Shown piece after piece: positions 11,712 to 21,330 of a stretch of DNA of 41,962 nt; the stretch's first letter is position 1; each line of letters begins with the position of its first letter. The stretch is from Spirogloea muscicola (taxonomy: Eukaryota). The stretch spans positions 283,383-325,344 of the forward strand of contig WELB01000031.1 in NCBI GenBank assembly GCA_009602725.1, read 5' to 3'. The translations under genes were made by a program, and so were the position numbers. The notes below the pieces were generated by a model. The model was given only the letters and a program-made list of their open reading frames with translations, ran no database searches and was not told where the DNA came from.

Positions 11712-14700
11712 TCATTCTTCTGACCTCCTTGATTGAGAGGAAGGTGGCCCGTCTATGCCTATAATCCCCTTGATGTAGACGATGGCGCTGGCAGCCTGCC
11801 TCAGGTCAGTCCAGCTCTTGCGCTTTGCTACGATTGGGAAGTCTGTGCCCAGTTGCTCGCCTACTGCGGTGACCTCATCGACAAGCGGACCAGTGGTGGC
11901 GGTTGGCCGCATGCCTAGAACCTTCTTCACGTTTGTGATGTCCTCCCGCAGCTCGTCCTCAGTCACGGGTGTTCGCTCCTGCCAGCACAGCATTCTATTG
12001 GCCAAGCTTAGTGCCAACAGTAATGTGCTACCGCCAGGATACTGTACTTTAAAAGTCCCGGTTGTCAATCTTCCAGACTTGCTTTAACTGAGTGTACTGC
12101 ATTTGTTAGTTGTTCACGTCTGGCGCGGTTGAGCACTTACCCTCACTCCAAGGATCTCTTGAAATGCAGCAGCGGCAGCGGAGGCCTTCTGCAGGTCAGG
12201 GACGCCAGGCTGCACTAAGATGGGAAGGATGACTCCCAGGCGCTTGCTAATGCGTGTCACCTCTTCGAGCAGCGGGCCTTGGCTCGATGCCGGCTCTATC
12301 CCCAGGCTCTTTTTCATGCTGCTGATGTCCTCACGGAGCTTCTTCTCTGCTGACTCAGCGACTGGCTCCTGCAGGCATATGGCTGCATAGTCAAGCAGGA
12401 TAGAAGGAACAGCCACAGAATAGATAGTCGAGATGCTGTACCTGCATTTAGCAACCCCTTACCAACGTCTCTGCAAGAAAAGTAGCAGATACTATAGGAT
12501 CTATTTTATGCCGACACATTTCTCTGAAGATTTTGAGCGTTGCTTGTACCATGCTCCCGTAACAGCTGCCTCCTCTGCAAGATGGGCTCCTGTGACATGT
12601 AGCAGCTAACAGGACCAAAGGCACTCTGCAGACAGCACTACCTGCCTGGCAGGGGCTTGGGCTTTGTCATGCACTGGAGCGCCTTGTGAAGCAGGTGGGC
12701 GGTCAACCACGGGGATGACAGCACAGGCAGTTTGGCTGGGTATGATGCTCGCCTCCTGTGACAAAGCTCCACTGTGTGCCATAATCAGGGATCGAGCCAA
12801 ACCTGCTGTGCGGGCCACTGGAGATGGCATACTTGTAACATGACAAGGACAGCCGAGAGCGACGGTAAGTAAGGGGCAAAGCATGGAGTGCTTGTGGCTC
12901 AAAGAGTCAATGCAGGTGCAAAGATCAGCCAGCAGCTAGGGAGCAGAGGGTGCTAACCTGCACTGGAGGTGCGCTCCTAGCCGGGGCCAACTGTCCTTCA
13001 GGGGCGCTCACCTCCATTTCGACTACATCAACAACTCCATGCGGCCCTATGATGAAAACCACTCTCCTTGGACCGCTGCTCCTCTGCTGGCTGCTGGGAA
13101 GTGCAGTCGCTGTGCCCCTTCTCATGCGCTGCACACACAGGCATGGTTGGCAGCTGCATTACAATCATGGGTATCAACATCTCAATACCTCCTCCAGGTC
13201 TTTCTGTAAGAATAGCACATGTCAAGCACAAAAAGGTCCTGGGTGGCTCCTGTAAGCCTCGGTATGATGTGTGTAAGATGCACTCGTCTTCTTACATTGA
13301 ACTGTAACACTTACTAGCTTCTCGATCTATATCGGCATAACAGGCTTGAAAGAGTGGTCCTTACTTCGCGCAGGTCACGCAGCTCCTGCGGTCTCCGGAC
13401 AACCCTCAGTGGTTGCACAAGGGTCCTTCCATGCAGCACTGGCACCTGCTGACGAAGGTTACCCTCGGTGGTCACTGTTATATCGCTTGGTCGCAAGTCC
13501 GTCTTTGCTGCTTCTGCACGCTGCCTCTGCTCAGCTGCTGCGTGTTCTCGCTTCTGGCTCGCTCCTGTGCCTTGTGCAGCCTCTACCTTTCCACGCTCCT
13601 GGACTGCATCATCTCTGATCCTTTCTCGCAGATATGCCACTGGCGCCAATACTAAGCATTAATTGACGAAATTACAAGGCAGTTGATGCATCCATTCAAG
13701 GTTGTCGGTCTTGCCAAAGATGGTAAATGCAGGTCAGAGATGTCTAAAGTGGCTTCTGTGATGGCTAAGTTGATGTCTATTCAGGCGAGCCACAAGAGCA
13801 CTCGAGTCTCGAGAAAGGGCGTACCATTGCTCTTAGCTGGACGCTGGTTTACTGGAAAGACTTTCTGATACAGCAAATCAATGATGCAGCCGCTCTCAGT
13901 CCCCATTGAATGTGTCACATTCTTTAAGATCGGCTCGTATCAATGTGTATGCAAAGAGTGAGTAATCTCAAGATCACTGAAAGCAGATCTAGTCTCAGAT
14001 TACGGTGGGCTTCGACCGTACTGTCAATAGATCTTGACCATCTAGTAAAAGGGAAGCAAGTAGTACGCGTTGGTTGTCAACCGATGAGGGATGTACCTGC
14101 TGAGCTTGTGAAGCCTCATAAATGCAGTATCCGAGGAAGCTGATGACAAATGTCGGCACAAGAAAGATGCTGCCGGAGAGGAAGACTAGGATTATCATTG
14201 GCAGCAGAATCGGGAGAGAGACGATTATGGCGACTGCAACAGCTCCCTGCAGAACAAAGGGCAGAAAGCTTATTGCACAATGAGCACCTTCTGAAACCGA
14301 CAGGCACGGCTTGAGCCTGCTTCCTACAGAGAACAGTATGAAATGACAGAAAACAGATCATGTACTACGTCACTTGGACAAGGGCATGTACAAGTCGTGA
14401 GTCATAGTACAAGTTGACCAGAAAGCTGAGCTAGTGTGCGAGGAGGTCATCTTGAAGTTCCTCAAGCTCCAACAATGTTGACAAGCTGTGGTCACAACCC
14501 TGGACAAGGACGGTGTTGAGCCTCGTAGTACCTGAGTCACGAGACTGGTGCCGCGTCTGATGATATTCATGATGGTGGGCATGGTTTCAGTATGCTTGCA
14601 TCTGCTTGTCACAAATTACAAATTGTCACAAACGATGTCATCAACCGGCACAATTAGATATCGTGCTTCTAACTAGACCATGATGCCTGATTTGCTACAG

Positions 14701-15092
14701 CCTCTGGAGTCAAGTATGAGTAAGGCGAGCGATCGACAATCCCTCAATAGCGCAACATTTGTACACCGATCATCACTGGGCGCAATACAAGTGCCACACG
14801 AGGACGCAACACTGCTGACAACAGTACGCGAGTTCTGATTTGCAGCTAGTCACTTAATGGAAATGGCTCGCCAATCGCTGTGTAGGCGAACGGCACGGGG
14901 GCAGTGCACGTAGCCCGACCCTGCAGCAAGCTGGAGTCGCGCGGAAGCCCTGCGTTGTGCGCCGGCTGAGGCTGCGGCGACGCGGAGTCGTCTTGGCGGC
15001 GCTCGCTTCAAGGCGGCCCGCGAGCGCGGTGCCGAGGAGGCCGCGGCGGCGCGCGACGTGTGGCTGGCGAGCCTGGGCGAGGGCGCCGCCAT
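11712..15092 (-). CDS. Uncharacterised protein: transit-peptide-like N-terminus, long hydrophobic segment, two tandem ~75-aa C-terminal repeats
   Basis: Likely exons 15092-14910 (MAAPSPRLASHTSRAAAASSAPRSR..., rich in Ala/Ser/Arg), 14246-14097 (GAVAVAIIVSLPILLPMIILVFLSGSIFLVPTFVISFLGYCIY), less certain exons near 13650-13365, 13130-12958 and 12840-12642, then 12368-12141 and 11978-11712, which encode homologous repeats and have AG/GT borders. Confidence 0.65.
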
Positions 15093-15896
15093 GGCGGCGC
15101 GGGAGCTGCTGCCCTGAGGCGGCCTCGGGGCGGCGCGGGCGCCATGGCCATGCAGGGCAGGCCCGCGCGCGCGCGCATGGCGCCGCTGGCGCGGTTTGAT
15201 CAGCCCCCCGGCTCGCCGTGACCGTCGATGAATGCCATCGGACGGCCTCAGCGGATTGCACCTCAAGACCCACAACACTTGCCCACCCAGAACAGGGCAA
15301 GCGTTCAATAGTAAGTCTCGTCATGAATCTGAGATTGCGCCTTGCATTTGCTTCGTAACGAGCCCCCTTACGTTCAGACGCGTCTGCTTAGCTCTGACAC
15401 TGCAAGCCACTGGAGGGCAACTGTTGAGGGCAGTGCTTGCTGATACTGTTTCATTTCCATGGCGCCGAGATCAATGAATGGCTGGGCAGTGGCGCAACAA
15501 CCACGGTACACGCAACTCTTATCCAGGACCACAGTGTGCAATGATCACAGACCAACATTCCTCATTGGCAACAGCAATTACAGAACCAAACGGCAACAAC
15601 GACGAAAGTGCGTCCGCAGATGCAAATGCTGGGACGGGCCTGCAGTGCCTGCATGGCTGCTGCCCCAGGCTCATGGTGCTTACTGGTTGCCGTGTATGCG
15701 GAGGCATGCTGCTGGCGCTCTCCCTTGGCTGCACCACAACCACGGCTTGGATATAAGTAAGAGCGTAAATGCTCAAGGTGGCGAAGGGCCTGTTGAATCA
15801 CATACAGCGGCTACTAAGAAGGGCCAGCTGAAGTATGAACAAGCGTCTGCAAAGAAGCTTCGACCAAAGAGCAAACCCTCATCAAGCGAGTGCCCT

Positions 15897-17487
15897 CTAG
15901 AGAGAGCCTCCCAGTAACCCCGAGTCGAAAACCGCAAGTCAAGTAAGTCGCAGCAGAGAAGGAGCCGCCAAACCTTCATCAAGCAAAAGCCCGCTAGAGA
16001 GAGCGTCCCAGTAACCCCGAGTCAGCAACCGCAAGTCAAGTAAGTCGCAGCAGAGAAGGAGCCGCCACGCCGAGGCTACAAGGCAGTCAAGCAGTCAAGG
16101 CGCGGCATGGCCACCTGGGTTGGCGGGAGCAAATCGAAAAACATCTGCAAATGTAGGCCGCCTGCACATATTTCCGACTTGTGGGTGGCTAAGTAGAGGA
16201 TACTGGGCAGCCATTCTCAGTCGTTGGTTGATTTCCAGCGTGTTGACCCCTGTCCGTCTCTTCTGTCCATCTTTTATGAGCTGGCCCTGTACCGCCCCCA
16301 CTGCTTCTCTATTTCTTTGGCCTTGTTGTTACGTCATGCGCACCGCGCCCCGTCTCTCATTCTATATCAAGAAATAGCTCTTCCAATGTCAGGCCATGGC
16401 TGTGAGAGGCCAGCCCAAAGGAAAATGCAAGGTCATGAGAAGAGAGAAGGTGCGCGGTGCGCATATGATGAAAGGGTGGCCAAGCAGCCCAATACACTGT
16501 TCAAGCAAAAGCTAGTGCAAAATGTGGGGCTACATAAAACGAAGCCTTTTGCTAAGGTGGCTAAGGTGAGAGTGTGACGTTAGTACCCACGAGTGAGCAC
16601 ATACGTTTCCGACAGGCTAACTTGGGAAGTCGGAGCGCCACTACGGGATTCGGCAAAGACATATTCGCTCTCCCAATGAGGGTAAAGGCTATGATAAGCC
16701 TGCCCGAAAAGAATTGACAAGGTTCGAAGTGGCCAAAAGCGCTCTCAGAAGTGGGGGAGGATGGATCACTCGGAACACCCCGAGTGAGGAGCCGCAGATC
16801 CGAAAGATAGCTGCCGGAACGCAACCCCCCTAACGAAAGCCAGAGGCTGCAGCGAGAGCAACGGCCAGCACGCAGCCGCAGGGACAAGGAGAATAACGAC
16901 GGCTCGCCCATAAAAAAAGAGGGGCTAGCAAAGCCAGCCCAGAAAAATCGAAGAGCTCGCCCATAGAGAATAGGGGCTGGCAATGCCAACCCAAAAAGAA
17001 TAGACAATGTCCGCAGGCCTCAAAGGCCACCAAAGAAAGCGCGGCCAGAGTGACTGGTGGCTGGGAAAAGGCCAGCCCAAATTGGGCTGGCTTTGCCAGC
17101 CACTCTTCTCTATGGGCGAGCACATTCTTCAGCCCAAAGGAATAAGAAAGAAAGAAGTGGCACTCCCAATGGGGGCAAGGGCTGCGAAAAGCCAGCCCAA
17201 AAAGAATTCACAAAGGTTCAGAGGGGCCTAAGAGCGGTGAGCAGCTACAAAGGGGCCTAAGGATGCAATGGTAAAACAGGGGGAGGATGGATCACTCAAT
17301 AAGTACGAGTGAGGAGCCTCAGATCCGACAGGCTAGCTGCCGGGAAGCTATCACCCTGACGAAAGCCAGAGCCCGCAGCGAGAGCACGGCCAGCTCGCAG
17401 ATGCAGAGCGTGGGCCATGGACCGCTGCAGGGATACAGAGAGGCAATGGACAAGGAATGGACAAGGTCTGAAGGAGCCGGAGTGCGA
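15897..17487. mobile_element. Nest of CRE-like 3' remnants, mostly minus strand (F6, F2, F1, F3 types)
   Basis: RGY-type termini at about 15912(-), 16008(-), 16203(+), 16581(-), 16770(-) and 17296(-; SLQRSMAHALHLRAGRALAAGSGFRQGDSFPAASLSDLRLLTRTY-stop). At least six hairpin tails. Confidence 0.85.
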
Positions 17488-20400
17488 TGGCCGCCGGGGC
17501 GGGCCAGGCCGGCCAGTCCCACCCGCGCCGTCCCCACCCACGCCTCAGCACTGGCAGTGGCTGGCCGGCCTCGACCTGGCAGCCGTCCACCGCCAGGCGG
17601 CCCTCCCGCTCGTCCGCCACGTTCCCCGCTGGGTGCGTCCACACATTCGCCGCGCGCTTCGCCCGGCGATGCAGCGGATTGTCCGAGACCATCGGGACGA
17701 GGCGGCCTGGAAGCAGTTCCTCCTCTTCCCCCGGCTACTGCTCGGGCGCGTCCCCAACGACGGCCGCCGGCAGGGCCAGCAGCCCCTCCTGGAGCGCGTC
17801 CAGATGTTCGAGGGCGGCCAGTGGGAGGAGCTTCTGGCACGCCACGATGCAGCGGTGGCCGCCTCGGCGGCAGACCATGGGGCCACGCGGGCCGCGCCAG
17901 CCGGGGCCGCCAATGTCCGCCGGGCGCTACGCTTCGGCCATGCGGGCGAGTTGTCCAGGGCGGTCCAGGCCCTGGACGACTCGGTGCTGGCGCCCACCAA
18001 CGCCGCAACGCGGGCGGCCCTGGACTCCCTGCACCCTCCGGCGCGCAACCCCCTGCCCCCGTGGCTGGACACCTTCACCCCGCTGGAGGAGGTGGTCCTC
18101 GACGCCGACGCCCTGCGGCAGGCCCTGCAGAGCAGCCGCCGCGCAGCCGCTGGAGGTCCTTCCCACATGCTCACCGAGCACCTCCGGGAAATCTTCTTGG
18201 AGGGGGACGCTGCCGACTTCGCGGCGCTCCACCAGGTGTGCCAGCTCCTAGCTCGCGACCAGGTCCCAGCCAGCGTTCGGGACGTCCTGTGCGCCAGTAC
18301 ACTGCTGGCGCTCAGCAAGGCCGGCGGAGGGGTCCGGCCCATCGCCATCGGGGAGGTACTCTACCGTCTGGTGGGGCGCGCACTCTGGCAACAGCACGCG
18401 GGGCAGGCCCAAGCACACCTGGCGCCCCAGCAGTTTGGCGCGGGGCTACGGAGCGGCGGCGAGACGGTCGTGCACGGCGTACGGGCCACCCTGGACCTGC
18501 ACCCGGAGTGGGTGGCTATGGCAGTCGATGTCCGCAATGCCTTCAATAGCGTTGATCGGGACGTCATTGCGGAGGAGCTGAGAGAGGCCTTCCCCAGCCT
18601 TCTACCCTTCTTCAGGCTGGGGTACGGTCGGCCAAGTGACCTGCTGTGGCGGACGGAGGGGGGAGCGGTGGAGACCCTCCACTCCACCAGGGGTGCACGT
18701 CAAGGGGATCCACTCGCTGGATTCTACTACGCGCTGGCACACCATCGCGCGCTCCAGGCAACGGTCGCGGCTCACCCTGGCGTGCTGGTGCCGACGTACG
18801 CAGATGATACCACTCTGGTGGGACCGCCTGCAGACGTCGTGGCAGCCTTTGCTACCCTCCAGGTGCAGCTGGGCGCGATCGGCCTGGACATCAGGGCGGA
18901 CAAGTGCTGTGCCTGGTCCCCGGCAGGTCCCCTGCCAGCCCACCTGGGCCTGCCCGTGGGCTGCCAGACACCGGCCGAGGGGCCTCACTCTCCTCGGCGT
19001 CCCCCTGGGCGCACCTGCCTTCGTGGCGGAGCAGCTGCAGGGGCGGCTGCAGGACCACCTCCGGCCGGCGGCCCGCCTGCACACGCTGAACGACATGCAG
19101 CTGGCAACCGCCATGCTGACCCGGTGCATCGCGCAGCGGCCCCACTACCTGGCCCGCACCGTCCTTCCCTCACCGGCGGTGACGGCAGCGTATGAGGCCT
19201 TCGACACCGGCATCATGGCGGCCGCAGCCTCCCTCGTGCAGCACCCGGCGTTCCTCACCACCCAAGCTGCGCAGCTGCAGGCCAGCCTGCCGATCAGTCG
19301 TGGCGGCTTGGGATGCCGCTCAGTTGCCCGCGTCTGTGAGGCGGCCTTCCTGGGAAGCTGGGCGCAGGTGGCCGCCCCCATGTGTCAGCGGTTCCTCGTG
19401 CACGGACAACGCGCCCTGGAGCGGGCGGCAGCCGATGTGGAGACAGGCCAACTCCCCTTCCAAGTCGCCCTCCGCACTGCCCGCGACAGGCTCCTGCAGG
19501 TCCACCCCAACATGTCCGAGCAGACTGTTCCTTTCCGGCACCTCGCCCACACTCCAGACCTGCGGGCTCAGGCACGCTTCACGGCGTTGGTCGAGAAGGC
19601 GGCCTCCGACCAGGCGGTGGAGCTTCTCCCTCCGTCTGACGTTCGCGGGCGTGCTCGGCTTCTCTCCGCCTCTTCCCCTGGGGCGGCGGCGTGGCTCCAA
19701 GCGCTCCCACTCTATGCCGCACTTACCATGCCCGACGAGGTCTACCGGACGGCGGTGCATCGGCTCTTGGGGCTCCTCCCTCCCTGCCTTACAGGTGTCA
19801 CACAGTGCGAGTGCGGCGCCCGGCACGCCGACCCTGCGGAGCTGGCCGCGCACATGCTCCGTTGCGCCCACGGAGGCGAGAGGACCGCTTCCCATGATCT
19901 TTTGCGCGATGGTATGCAGGGGGTGTTCATAGAGGCGGGCTTCAAGGTGGCGGTGGAGTGCTCCTCAGTCATGCCCATCCTGCGGGGCGAGGACGGCCGG
20001 TCGCACACCCGGCGCGCCGACCTGGTCGCTATCCTGCCCAGCGGCGGTCCCCGTATCATCACTGATGTGGTGACAACGGACAGCTACGACTCCGGCAACC
20101 CCACCAGGTCGGCGTCGTTTGCAGGGCATGCGGTCGGCCTGGCAGCCCGGGCAAAAGAGAAAAAATATGCCGATCACCCGGTCGGTGATGAGTTCGCGGC
20201 CCTGGCGATAGATGTTCACGGGGCCTTCGGCAGCCGCTGGCTGGATCTCCTCCAGCGGCTTGCTCGTCAGGCTATTGATCGGCGGTCGGGTCCGCCCGGG
20301 GCGCTGCCCGGCTTCAACGCCGCCGGGTCGCTCGCCCAGGTCTTTCGCATGCGCTTGGCGGTATCGTTCCAGCGATCCCTTGCCCACGCTGTCCACACGC

Positions 20401-20501
20401 GCGCAGGACGCGCTCTGGCCGCTGCCTCCGGGTCTCGGCGGAGTGCCTCCTTCCCTGCCTCGAGCTACTCGGACCTGATGTTGCTCACTCGCGGGTACTG
20501 A
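17488..20501 (+). pseudogene. Retrotransposon RT-RLE polyprotein, split by one extra base at 18979-18982 and lacking its native N-terminus
   Basis: ORFs 17417-19195 and 18636-20501 join as ...CQTPAEG/LTLLGVPLG if one G of GAGGGGCCTC is removed. No other stops over about 1000 codons. Confidence 0.85.
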
Positions 20502-20643
20502 GCTTCCCTAGTATGTTGTCGTGATTGGTAGGGTAGCGGAGTCCTTCCTCGGCATCTCATTCTTCGGCTTTGGACATTGTCCATTCTTTTTGGGCTGGCT
20601 TTGCCAGCCCCTCTTTCTCTATGGGCGAGCCTTCTTCTTCTTT
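17488..20643 (+). mobile_element. Non-LTR retrotransposon with RT, zinc knuckle and restriction-like endonuclease (CRE/SLACS-like clade), 5'-truncated, family F1
   Basis: RT motifs SKAGGGVRPIAIGE, AVDVRNAFNSVDR, GARQGDPL, YADD, LGVPLG and SRGGLG. Zinc knuckle CECG..H...C..G...H. Endonuclease region RRADLV..DV..AARAKEKKY..LAIDVHGAFG..RLAVSFQR. 3'UTR of about 130 nt ending in (CTT)n. No LTRs, integrase or APE domain. Clade assignment is from motif recall. Confidence 0.9.
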
Positions 20644-21330
20644 GAAGGACTAGGACGAAGACATCATCGACAAAACATCCACAAAACAGTGCCCGGGAAG
20701 ACAAAGAAGAAAGGGCTCGCCATTTGAGGATATGGACAAAACTCCTCGAAAGACAAAACTACACGCAAGTAGCGGGCCCGCGGCTACACGCACCGGGACG
20801 GCGCCAAGTGGCGGCGGGAGGTGCAACCGCCCGAGCAGTTTGCCGCCCGGGGAAGCTCCAGATCAGGGCGGTTGGGAGCGGTTCTACGAACTCTCCCATC
20901 TCCATTTTCTGCGCAACCGCCCGCGCGCCCCCCTCTCCGGGCCCCTGCGGGGAAAGGCCACCGTCTGGGGCACCCCTCTGATCACTTTCATCGCCAAATG
21001 CCATACCCAGTCCGCCTCACGGTAGCCTCTGCGCCCGCAGCCGCCGCCGCCGCCGCTGTCAGCGCCGCCAGTGCGGCGGCCAGGGGCAGGTCCCAGGCGC
21101 CGGGCCAGATCTGCGGCCGCGCCTCAGATCTGAGTTGCCGCTGGCTGTGCACCGGCGCAGGCGGATTGGCAGCCATTCCACATCCCGCCGCGGCCTGCAG
21201 CTGCGAGCAGGGCGAAGATTAGTGCGAGCTGCACATACCAGCAATACTGGGACCTTGGTGCAGGGACTTCGAGACAGGCACGCCGGCCAGCGTCGCCGCG
21301 AGATGATCATGACCTGCACAAGCTGTCGGC

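Noticed and set aside
17417..19195. Group II intron, retron or DGR reverse transcriptase; native start at 17417
   Set aside because: Downstream zinc knuckle, RLE motifs, tail and 5'-truncated copies indicate a non-LTR element. The first 24 codons derive from antisense flanking remnants.
17287..20396. Long overlapping alternative-frame and antisense ORFs (for example 17287-18549, 17545-18348)
   Set aside because: Expected shadows of GC-rich coding DNA, with low-complexity Pro/Arg/Gly translations.
16900..20643. LTRs or terminal inverted repeats around the long element
   Set aside because: The similar flanking sequences are independent 3' tails of other copies. No integrase, protease, tyrosine recombinase or primer-binding site is visible.
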